From NCBI RefSeq assembly GCF_009914755.1, contig NC_060939.1: DNA of 64,000 nt. One strand, given 5' to 3'. Below are positions 10,978-23,800 of this stretch, piece after piece. The first letter of the stretch is position 1, and each line of letters starts with the position of its first letter. The notes under the pieces were generated by a model, which did not search any database, was not told where the DNA came from, and was given only the letters and a program-made list of their open reading frames with translations. This stretch comes from the human T2T-CHM13v2.0 reference genome, Homo sapiens. Position numbers and translations under genes: made by a program.

Positions 10978-13900
10978 TTGAGTCCATTCAATTCCATTCC
11001 TTTCGTTTCCATTCCATTTGATGCCATTCCATTCAATTCTGTTCTACTCGACTCCAATACATTCAATTCCATTCCATCCGATTCCATTACATTCTTTTCA
11101 TTTCTTATCCATTTCAAGCCATTCCACTCCATTCCATTCCACTCGTTTCCTTTCCATTCGAGTCCATTCCTCTCCAGTCCATTCCGTTCAATCCATTCCA
11201 TTCCAATCCATTCCATTCGAGTCCGTTCCATTCCAGTCCATTCCATTCGAGTCAATTCCATTCCATTCGATGTCTTTCCATAACGATCCATTCCATTCTA
11301 TTCCTTTCGATTCCATTCCATTCTATTTCATTCCATTCGATTCCCTTCCATTGGACTCCTTTCCATTCGAGTGCATTCCATTCCGTTCCATTTCTTTCCG
11401 TTCTGTACGATTCCTACCGTTCGATTTCATTTTGTTCCAGTCCATTCCTTTCGCGTCCATTCCATTCCATTTCACTCCATTCGATTCCATTCCACTCGAT
11501 TCCACTTCGTTCCATTTCATTGCATTCCATTGTATTCAACTCTATTGCCTTCCATTCCATTCCATTCGATTACATTCCATGCGATTCCATTCGAAATCGA
11601 ATCAATTACATTGCAATCCATTTCCATTGAGTCCGTTTTATTCCAGTCCACTGCATTCTGGTCCATTCCAATTGATTCCATTCCATTCTATTCCATTCCA
11701 TACAGTTGCATTCCATTGGATTCCATTCTATATCTATAAATTCAATTCGAGACCATTGCTTTTGAGTCCATTCTATATGATTCCATTCCATTCAAGTCCA
11801 TTACATTTGGTTCAATTCCATTCCATTCCATTCCCTTCCATTCCATTCAAGTTGATATCAATCCATTCGATTCAATTCCATTCGAGCACATTCCATTCGA
11901 GTCCATTCCATTCGATGCCATTCCATTTGATTCTATTCCATTAGTCTCCATTCAATTCCATTAATCTCCATTCCATTCCATTCTACTCCAACTGATTCCA
12001 TTCCATTCTATTCCTTTCCATTCCATTTCATTCCATTCCATTCCATTTCATTCCATTCCATTCCATTCGTGTCCATTCCACTCCAGTCCATTCCATTCGT
12101 GTCCATTCCATTCCAGTCCATTCCATTTGTGTCCACTGCATTCCATTTCACTCCATTCCATATTATTCCATTACACTCCATTCCATTCTATTACTTTCAT
12201 TTCCATTCAATTCCATTCCATTTGATTGCATTCCACTCGGTTTCATTCCATTTGAGTCCACTCCATTCCATTCTATTCCATTCCATTCAGTTCCATTCCA
12301 TTCTGTTCCATTCCATTCCGTTCCATTGCATTCCATTCCATTCGGTACCATTCCATATTGTTCCATTCGATTCCATTCGAATCCATTCCATTCCAGTCCA
12401 TTCCATTCGATTCCATTCCATTCATTTCAATTCCATTCCATTCCATTCCATTACATTCCACTTGATTCCTCTCCATTCCCTTCCACTGCATTCCGTTCGA
12501 TTCCATTCCATTGCATTGCATTCCATTCCATTGGATTGCATTCCATTCGATTCCATTCCATTCGAATCAATTACATAGCAATCCATTACATTCGAGTCTA
12601 TTCTCTTCCGTTCCATTCGATTTCGTTCCAATCCATTCGATTCCATTCCATTCGATTCCATTCCATACTATTGCATTCCATTCGATTACATTATATTCGA
12701 ATAAGTTCCATTCAAGACCATTTCTTTTGAGTCCATTCTATTTGAGTCCATTCCCTTTGATTCCATAACATTTGAGTCCATTCAATTCCATTCCTCTCGT
12801 TTCAATTCCATTTGATGCCATTCCATTCAATTCTGTTCTACTCGACTCCAATACATTCAATTCCATTCCATCCGATTCCATTACATTCTTTTCATTTCTT
12901 ATCCATTTCAAGCCATTCCACTCCATTCCATTCCACTCGTTTCCTTTCCAGTCGAGTCCATTCCTCTCCAGTCCATTCCGTTCAATCCATTCCATTCCAG
13001 TCCATTCCATTCGAATCCATTCCATTCCAGTCCATTCCATTCGAGTCAATTCCATCCCATTCGATGTCTTCCCATAACGATCCATTCCATTCTATTCCTT
13101 TCGATTCCATTCCATTCTATTTCATTCCATTCGATTCCCTTCCATTGGACTCCTTTCCATTCGAGTGCATTCCATTCCGTTCCATTTCTTTCCGTTCTGT
13201 ACGATTCCTACCGTTCGATTTCATTTTGTTCCAGTCCATTCCTTTCGCGTCCATTCCATTCCATTTCACTCCATTCGATTCCATTCCACTCGATTCCACT
13301 TCGTTCCATTTCACTGCATTCCATTCTATTCAACTCTATTGCCTTCCATTCCATTCCATTCGATTACATTCCATGCGATTCCATTCGAAATCGAATCAAT
13401 TACATTGCAATCCATTACTATTGAGTCCATTTTATTCCAGTCCACTGCATTCTGGTCCATTCCGTTTGATTCCATTCCATTCTATTCCATTCCATACAGT
13501 TGCATTCCATTGGATTCCATTCTATATCTATAAATTCAATTCGAGACCATTGCTTTTGAGTCCATTCTATATGATTCCATTCCATTCAAGTCCATTACAT
13601 TTGGTTCAATTCCATTCCATTCCATTCCCTTCCATTCCATTCCAGTTGATATCAATGCATTCGATTCCATTCCATTCGAGCACATTCCATTCCACTCCAT
13701 TCCATTCGATGCCATTCCATTTGATTCTATTCCATTAGTCTCCTTTCAATTCCATTAATTTCCATTCCATTCCATTCTACTCCAACTGATTCCATTCCAT
13801 TCTATTCCTTTCCATTCCATTTCATTCCATTCCATTCCATTTCATTCCATTCCATTCCATTTCATTCCATTCCATTCCATTCGTGTCCATTCCATTCCAG

Positions 13901-16040
13901 TCCATTCCATTTGTGTCCACTACATTCCATTCCACTCCATTCCATATTATTCCATTACACTCCGTTCCATTCTATTACTTTAATTTCAATTCAATTCCAT
14001 TCCATTTGATTCCATTCCACTCGGTTTCATTCCATTTGAGTCCACTCCATTCCATTCCATTCCATTCAGTTCCATTCCATTCTGTTCCATTCCATTCCGT
14101 TCCATTACATTCCATTCCATTCGGTACCATTCCATATTGTTCCATTCGATTCCATTCGAATCCATTCCATTCCAGTCCATGCCATTCAATTCCATTCCAT
14201 TCATTTCAATTCCATTCCATTCCATTCCATTACATTCCACTTGATTCCTCTCCATTCCCTTCCACTGCATTCCGTTCGATTCCATTTCATTGCATTGCAT
14301 TCCATTCCATTGGATTGCATTCCATTCGATTCCATTCCATTCGAATCAATTACATAGCAATCCATTACATTCGAGTCTATTCTATTCCGTTCCATTCGAT
14401 TTCGTTCCAATCCATTCGATTCCATTCCATTCGATTCCATTCCATACTATTGCATTCCATTCGATTACATTATATTCGAATAAGTTCCATTCAAGACCAT
14501 TTCTTTTGAGTCCATTCTATTTGAGTCCATTCCCTTTGATTCCATAACATTTGAGTCCATTCAATTCCATTCCTTTCGTTTCCATTCCATTTGATGCCAT
14601 TCCATTCAATTCTTTTCTACTCGACTCCACTACATTCAATTCCATTCCATCCGATTCCATTACATTCTTTTCATTTCTTATCCATTTCAAGCCATTCCAC
14701 TCCATTCCATTCCACTCGTTTCCTTTCCATTCGAGTCCATTCCTCTCCAGTCCATTCCGTTCAATCCATTCCATTCCAGTCCATTCCATTCGAGTCCGTT
14801 CCATTCCAGTCCATTCCATTCGAGTCAATTCCATCCCATTCGATGTCTTTCCATAACGATCCATTCCATTCTATTCCTTTTGATTCCATTCCATTCTATT
14901 TCATTCCATTCGATTCCCTTCCATTGGACTCCTTTCCATTCGAGTGCATTCCATGCCGTTCCATTTCTTTCCGTTCTGTACGATTCCTACCGTTCGATTT
15001 CATTTTGTTCCAGTCCATTCCTTTCGCGTCCATTCCATTCCATTTCACTCCATTCGATTCCATTCCACTCGATTCCACTTCGTTCCATTTCATTGCATTC
15101 CATTCTATTCAACTCTATTGCCTTCCATTCCATTCCATTCGATTACATTCCATGCGATTCCATTCGAAATCGAATCAATTACATTGCAATCCATTACTAT
15201 TGAGTCCATTTTATTCCAGTCCACTGCATTCTGGTCCATTCCATTTGATTCCATTCCATTCTATTGCATTCCATACAGTTGCATTCCATTGGATTCCATT
15301 CTATATCTATAAATTCAATTCGAGACCATTGCTTTTGAGTCCATTCTATATGATTCCATTCCATTCAAGTCCATTACATTTGGTTCAATTCCATTCCATT
15401 CCATTCCCTTCCATTCCATTCCAGTTGATATCAATCCATTCGATTCCATTCCATTCGAGCACATTCCATTCGAGTCATTCCATTCGATGCCATTCCATTT
15501 GATTCTATTCCATTAGTCTCCATTCAATTCCATTAATCTCCATTCCATTCCATTCTACTCCAACTGATTCCATTCCATTCTATTCCTTTCCATTCCATTT
15601 CATTCCATTCCATTCCATTTCATTCCATTCCATTCCATTCGCTTCCATTCCATTCGTGTCCATTCCACTCCAGTCCATTCCATTCGTGTCCATTCCATTC
15701 CAGTCCATTCCATTTGTGTCCACTGCATTCCATTCCACTCCATTCCATTTTATTCCATTACACTCCATTCCATTCTATTACATTCATTTCCATTCAATTC
15801 CATTCCATTTGATTCCATTCCACTCGTTTTCATTCCATTTGAGTCCACTCCATTCCATTACATTCCATTCCATTCAGTTCCATTCCATTCTGTTCCATTC
15901 CATTCCGTTCCATTGCATTCCATTCCATTCGGTACCATTCCATATTGTTCCATTCGATTCCATTCGAATCCATTCCATTCCAGTCCATTCCATTCGATTC
16001 CATTCCATTCCTTTCAATTCCATTCCATTCCATTCCATTC

Positions 16041-16210
16041 CACTAGATTCCTCTCCATTCCCTTCCACTGCATTCCATTCGATTCCATTCAATTGCATTG
16101 CATTCCATTCCATTCCATTCCATTCCACTTGATTCCACTCCATTCCCTTCCACTGCATTCCATTCGATTCCATTCCATTGCATTGCATTCCATTCCATTG
16201 GACTGCATTC
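16041..16210 (+). repeat. 85 bp internal tandem duplication in U9
   Basis: CACTAGATTCCTCTCCATTCCCTTCCACTGC... at 16041 is followed by CACTTGATTCCACTCCATTCCCTTCCACTGC... at 16126. This block is single-copy in normal units. Confidence 0.9.
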
Positions 16211-19200
16211 CATTCGATTCCATTCCATTCGAATCAATTACATAGCAATCCATTACATTCGAGTCTATTCTATTCCGTTCCATTCGATTTCATTCCAATC
16301 CATTCGATTCCATTCCATTCGATTCCATTCCATACTATTGCATTCCATTCTATTACATTATATTCGAATAAGTTCCATTCAAGACCATTTCTTTTGAGTC
16401 CATTCTATTTGAGTCCATTCCCTTTGATTCCATAACATTTGAGTCCATTCAATTCCATTCCTCTCGTTTCAATTCCATTTGATGCCATTCCATTCAATTC
16501 TGTTCTACTCGACTCCAATACATTCAATTCCATTCCATCCGATTCCATTACATTCTTTTCATTTCTTATCCATTTCAAGCCATTCCACTCCATTCCATTC
16601 CACTCGTTTCCTTTCCAGTCGAGTCCATTCCTCTCCAGTCCATTCCGTTCAATCCATTCCATTCCAGTCCATTCCATTCGAATCCATTCCATTCCAGTCC
16701 ATTCCATTCGAGTCAATTCCATCCCATTCGATGTCTTCCCATAACGATCCATTCCATTCTATTCCTTTCGATTCCATTCCATTCTATTTCATTCCATTCG
16801 ATTCCCTTCCATTGGACTCCTTTCCATTCGAGTGCATTCCATTCCGTTCCATTTCTTTCCGTTCTGTACGATTCCTACCGTTCGATTTCATTTTGTTCCA
16901 GTCCATTCCTTTCGCGTCCATTCCATTCCATTTCACTCCATTCGATTCCATTCCACTCGATTCCACTTCGTTCCATTTCACTGCATTCCATTCTATTCAA
17001 CTCTATTGCCTTCCATTCCATTCCATTCGATTACATTCCATGCGATTCCATTCGAAATCGAATCAATTACATTGCAATCCATTACTATTGAGTCCATTTT
17101 ATTCCAGTCCACTGCATTCTGGTCCATTCCGTTTGATTCCATTCCATTCTATTCCATTCCATACAGTTGCATTCCATTGGATTCCATTCTATATCTATAA
17201 ATTCAATTCGAGACCATTGCTTTTGAGTCCATTCTATATGATTCCATTCCATTCAAGTCCATTACATTTGGTTCAATTCCATTCCATTCCATTCCCTTCC
17301 ATTCCATTCCAGTTGATATCAATGCATTCGATTCCATTCCATTCGAGCACATTCCATTCCACTCCATTCCATTCGATGCCATTCCATTTGATTCTATTCC
17401 ATTAGTCTCCATTCAATTCCATTAATTTCCATTCCATTCCATTCTACTCCAACTGATTCCATTCCATTCTATTCCTTTCCATTCCATTTCATTCCATTCC
17501 ATTCCATTTCATTCCATTCCATTCCATTTCATTCCATTCCATTCCATTCGTGTCCATTCCATTCCAGTCCATTCCATTTGTGTCCACTACATTCCATTCC
17601 ACTCCATTCCATATTATTCCATTACACTCCATTCCATTCTATTACTTTAATTTCAATTCAATTCCATTCCATTTGATTCCATTCCACTCGGTTTCATTCC
17701 ATTTGAGTCCACTCCATTCCATTCCATTCCATTCAGTTCCATTCCATTCTGTTCCATTCCATTCCGTTCCATTACATTCCATTCCATTCGGTACCATTCC
17801 ATATTGTTCCATTCGATTCCATTCGAATCCATTCCATTCCAGTCCATGCCATTCAATTCCATTCCATTCATTTCAATTCCATTCCATTCCATTCCATTAC
17901 ATTCCACTTGATTCCTCTCCATTCCCTTCCACTGCATTCCGTTCGATTCCATTTCATTGCATTGCATTCCATTCCATTGGATTGCATTCCATTCGATTCC
18001 ATTCCATTCGAATCAATTACATAGCAATCCATTACATTCGAGTCTATTCTATTCCGTTCCATTCGATTTCGTTCCAATCCATTCGATTCCATTCCATTCG
18101 ATTCCATTCCATACTATTGCATTCCATTCGATTACATTATATTCGAATAAGTTCCATTCAAGACCATTTCTTTTGAGTCCATTCTATTTGAGTCCATTCC
18201 CTTTGATTCCATAACATTTGAGTCCATTCAATTCCATTCCTTTCGTTTCCATTCCATTTGATGCCATTCCATTCAATTCTTTTCTACTCGACTCCACTAC
18301 ATTCAATTCCATTCCATCCGATTCCATTACATTCTTTTCATTTCTTATCCATTTCAAGCCATTCCACTCCATTCCATTCCACTCGTTTCCTTTCCATTCG
18401 AGTCCATTCCTCTCCAGTCCATTCCGTTCAATCCATTCCATTCCAGTCCATTCCATTCGAGTCCGTTCCATTCCAGTCCATTCCATTCGAGTCAATTCCA
18501 TCCCATTCGATGTCTTTCCATAACGATCCATTCCATTCTATTCCTTTTGATTCCATTCCATTCTATTTCATTCCATTCGATTCCCTTCCATTGGACTCCT
18601 TTCCATTCGAGTGCATTCCATTCCGTTCCATTTCTTTCCGTTCTGTACGATTCCTACCGTTCGATTTCATTTTGTTCCAGTCCATTCCTTTCGCGTCCAT
18701 TCCATTCCATTTCACTCCATTCGATTCCATTCCACTCGATTCCACTTCGTTCCATTTCATTGCATTCCATTCTATTCAACTCTATTGCCTTCCATTCCAT
18801 TCCATTCGATTACATTCCATGCGATTCCATTCGAAATCGAATCAATTACATTGCAATCCATTACTATTGAGTCCATTTTATTCCAGTCCACTGCATTCTG
18901 GTCCATTCCATTTGATTCCATTCCATTCTATTGCATTCCATACAGTTGCATTCCATTGGATTCCATTCTATATCTATAAATTCAATTCGAGACCATTGCT
19001 TTTGAGTCCATTCTATATGATTCCATTCCATTCAAGTCCATTACATTTGGTTCAATTCCATTCCATTCCATTCCCTTCCATTCCATTCCAGTTGATATCA
19101 ATCCATTCGATTCCATTCCATTCGAGCACATTCCATTCGAGTCATTCCATTCGATGCCATTCCATTTGATTCTATTCCATTAGTCTCCATTCAATTCCAT

Positions 19201-19707
19201 TAATCTCCATTCCATTCCATTCTACTCCAACTGATTCCATTCCATTCTATTCCTTTCCATTCCATTTCATTCCATTCCATTCCATTTCATTCCATTCCAT
19301 TCCATTCGCTTCCATTCCATTCGTGTCCATTCCACTCCAGTCCATTCCATTCGTGTCCATTCCATTCCAGTCCATTCCATTTGTGTCCACTGCATTCCAT
19401 TCCACTCCATTCCATATTATTCCATTACACTCCATTCCATTCTATTACATTCATTTCCATTCAATTCCATTCCATTTGATTCCATTCCACTCGTTTTCAT
19501 TCCATTTGAGTCCACTCCATTCCATTACATTCCATTCCATTCAGTTCCATTCCATTCTGTTCCATTCCATTCCGTTCCATTGCATTCCATTCCATTCGGT
19601 ACCATTCCATATTGTTCCATTCGATTCCATTCGAATCCATTCCATTCCAGTCCATTCCATTCGATTCCATTCCATTCCTTTCAATTCCATTCCATTCCAT
19701 TCCATTC

Positions 19708-19877
19708 CACTAGATTCCTCTCCATTCCCTTCCACTGCATTCCATTCGATTCCATTCAATTGCATTGCATTCCATTCCATTCCATTCCATTCCACTTGAT
19801 TCCACTCCATTCCCTTCCACTGCATTCCATTCGATTCCATTCCATTGCATTGCATTCCATTCCATTGGACTGCATTC
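19708..19877 (+). repeat. 85 bp internal tandem duplication in U11 (copy of the U9 event)
   Basis: Same double block as 16041-16210, offset by 3667 bp. Confidence 0.9.
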
Positions 19878-20819
19878 CATTCGATTCCATTCCATTCGAA
19901 TCAATTACATAGCAATCCATTACATTCGAGTCTATTCTATTCCGTTCCATTCGATTTCATTCCAATCCATTCGATTCCATTCCATTCGATTCCATTCCAT
20001 ACTATTGCATTCCATTCTATTACATTATATTCGAATAAGTTCCATTCAAGACCGTTTCTTTTGAGTCCATTCTATTTGAGTCCATTCCCTTTGATTCCAT
20101 AACATTTGAGTCCATTCAATTCCATTCCTTTCGTTTCCATTCCATTTGATGCCATTCCACTCAATTCTGTTCTACTCGACTCCAATACATTCAATTCCAT
20201 TCCATCCGATTCCATTACATTCTTTTCATTTCTTATCCATTTCAAGCCATTCCACTCCATTCCATTCCACTCGTTTCCTTTCCATTCGTGTCCATTCCTC
20301 TCCAGTCCATTCCGTTCAATCCATTCCATTCCAGTCCATTCCATTCGAGTCCGTTCCATTCCAGTCCATTCCATTCGAGTCAATTCCATTCCATTCGATG
20401 TCTTTCATAACGATCCATTCCATTCTATTCCTTTCGATTCCATTCCATTCTATTTCATTCCATTCAATTCCCTTCCATTGGACTCCTTTCCATTCGAGTG
20501 CATTCCATTCCGTTCCATTTCTTTCTGTTCTGTACGATTCTTACCGTTCGATTTCATTTTGTTCCAGTCCATTCCTTTCGCGTCCATTCCATTCCATTTC
20601 ACTCCATTCGATTCCATTCCACTCGATTCCACTTCGTTCCATTTCATTGCATTCCATTCTATTCAACTCTATTGCCTTCCATTCCATTCCATTCGATTAC
20701 ATTCCATGCGATTCCATTCGAAATCGAATCAATTACATTGCAATCCATTACTATTGAGTCCGTTTTATTCCAGTCCACTGCATTCTGGTCCATTCCATTT
20801 GATTCCATTCCATTCTATT

Positions 20820-23800
20820 CCATTCCATACAGTTGCATTCCATTGGATTCCATGCTATATCTATAAATTCAATTCGAGACCATTGCTTTTGAGTCCATTC
20901 TATATGATTCCATTCCATTCAAGTCCATTACATTTGGTTCAATTCCATTCCATTCCAGTTGATATCAATCCATTCGATTCCATTCCATTCGAGCACATTC
21001 CATTCGAGTCCATTCCATTCGATGCCATTCCATTTGATTCTATTCCATTAGTCTCCATTCAATTCCATTAATCTCCATTCCATTCCATTCTACTCCAACT
21101 GATTCCATTCCATTCTATTCCTTTCCATTCCATTTCATTCCATTCCATTCCATTTCATTCCATTCCATTCCATTCGTGTCCATTCCACTCCAGTCCATTC
21201 CATTCGTGTCCATTCCATTCCAGTCCATTCCATTTGTGTCCACTGCATTCCATTCCACTCCATTCCATATTATTCCATTACACTCCATTCCATTCTATTA
21301 CTTTCATTTCCATTCAATTCCATTCCGTTTGATTCCATTCCACTCGGTTTCATTCCATTTGAGTCCACTCCATTCCATTCCATTCCATTCCATTCCATTC
21401 AGTTCCATTCCATTCTGTTCCATACCATTCCGTTCCATTACATTCCATTCCATTCGGTACCATTCCATATTGTTCCATTCGATTCCATTCGAATCCATTC
21501 CATTCCAGTCCATTCCATTCGATTCCATTCCATTCATTTCAATTCCATTCCATTCCATTCCATTACATTCCACTTGATTCCTCTCCATTCCCTTCCACTG
21601 CATTCCGTTCGATTCCATTCCATTGCATTGCATTCCATTGGATTGCATTCCATTTGATTCCATATCCATTCGAATCAATTACATAGCAATCCATTACATT
21701 CGAGTCTATTCTATTCCGTTCCATTCGATTTCGTTCCAATCCATTCGATTCCATTCCATTCGACTCCATTCCATACTATTGCATTCCATTCTATTACATT
21801 ATATTCGAATAAGTTCCATTCAAGACCATTTCTTTTGAGTCCATTCTATTTGAGTCCATTCCCTTTGATTCCATAACATTTGAGTCCATTCAATTCCATT
21901 CCTTTCGTTCCCATTCCATTTGATGCCATTCCATTCAATTCTGTTCTACTCGACTCCAATACATTCAATTCCATTCCATCCGATTCCATTCCATTCTTTT
22001 CATTTCTTATCCATTTCAAGCCATTCCACTCCATTCCATTCCACTCGTTTCCTTTCCATTCGAGTCCATTCCTCTCCAGTCCATTCCGTTCAATCCATTC
22101 CATTCCAGTCCATTCCATTCGAGTCCGTTCCATTCCAGTCCATTCCATTCGAGTCAATTCTATCCCATTCGATGTCTTTCCATAAAGATCCATTCCATTC
22201 TATTCCTTTCGATTCCATTCCGTTCTATTTCATTCCATTCGATTCCCTTCCATTGGACTCCTTTCCATTCGAGTGCATTCCATTCCGTTCCATTTCTTAC
22301 CGTTCTGTACGATTCCTACCGTTCGATTTCATTTTGTTCCAGTCCATTCCTTTCGCGTCCATTCCATTCCATTTCACTCCATTCGATTCCATTCCACTCG
22401 ATTCCACTTCGTTCCATTTCATTGCATTCCATTCTATTCAACTCTATTGCCTTCCATTCCATTCCATTCGATTACATTCCATGCGATTCCATTCGAAATC
22501 GAATCAATTACATTGCAATCCATTACTATTGAGTCCATTTTATTCCAGTCCACTGCATTCTGGTCCATTCCATTTGATTCCATTCCATTCTATTCCATTC
22601 CATACAGTTGCATTCCATTGGATTCCATTCTATATCTATAAATTCAATTCGAGACCATTGCTTTTGAATCCATTCTATATGATTCCATTCCATTCAAGTC
22701 CATTACATTTGGTTCAATTCCATTCCATTCCATTCCCTTCCATTCCATTCCAGTTGATATCAATCCATTCGATTCCATTCCATTCGAGCACATTCCATTT
22801 GAGTCCATTCCATTCGATGCCATTCCATTTGATTCTATTCCATTAGTCTCCATTCAATTCCATTAATCTCCATTCCATTCCATTCTACTCCAACTGATTC
22901 CATTCCATTCTATTCCTTTCCATTCCATTTCATTCCATTCCATTCCATTTCATTCCATTCCATTCCATTCGCTTCCATTCCATTCGTGTCCATTCCACTC
23001 CAGTCCATTCCATTCGTGTCCATTCCATTCCAGTCCATTCCATTTGTGTCCACTGCATTCCATTCCACTCCATTCCATATTATTCCATTACACTCCATTC
23101 CATTCTATTACTTTCATTTCCATTCAATTCCATTCCATTTGATTCCATTCCACTCGGTTTCATTCCATTTGAGTCCACTCCATTCCATTCCATTCCATTC
23201 CATTCAGTTCCATTCCATTCCGTTCCATTGCATTCCATTCCATTCGGTACCATTCCATATTGTTCCATTCGATTCCATTCGAATCCATTCCATTCCAGTC
23301 CATTCCATTCGATTCCATTCCATTCCTTTCAATTCCATTCCATTCCATTCCATTCCACTTCATTCCACTCCATTCCCTTCCACTGCATTCCATTCGATTC
23401 CATTCCATTGCATTGCATTCCATTCCATTGGACTGCATTCCATTCGATTCCATTCCATTCGAATCAATTACATAGCAATCCATTACATTCGAGTCTATTC
23501 TATTCCGTTCCATTCGATTTCGTTCCAATCCATTCGATTCCATTCCATTCGATTCCATTCCATACTATTGCATTCCATTCTATTACATTATATTCGAATA
23601 AGTTCCATTCAAGACCATTTCTTTTGAGTCCATTCTATTTGAGTCCATTCCCTTTGATTCCATAACATTTGAGTCCATTCAATTCCATTCCTTTCGTTTG
23701 CATTCCATTTGATGCCATTCCATTCAATTCTGTTCTACTCGACTCCAATACATTCAATTCCATTCCATCCGATTCCATTACATTCTTTTCATTTCTTATC

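Larger units (their letters stand above)
12772..20105 (+). repeat. Two copies of a 3667 bp dimer (1779 + 1888 bp; U8-U9 / U10-U11)
   Basis: The length pattern is identical and private variants recur exactly 3667 bp apart: CCTCTCGTTTCAATT, ATCAATGCATT, TTTAATTTCAATTCAATT, CAGTCCATGCC, the 1-bp deletion CGAGTCATTC and the 85 bp internal duplication. Confidence 0.93.
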
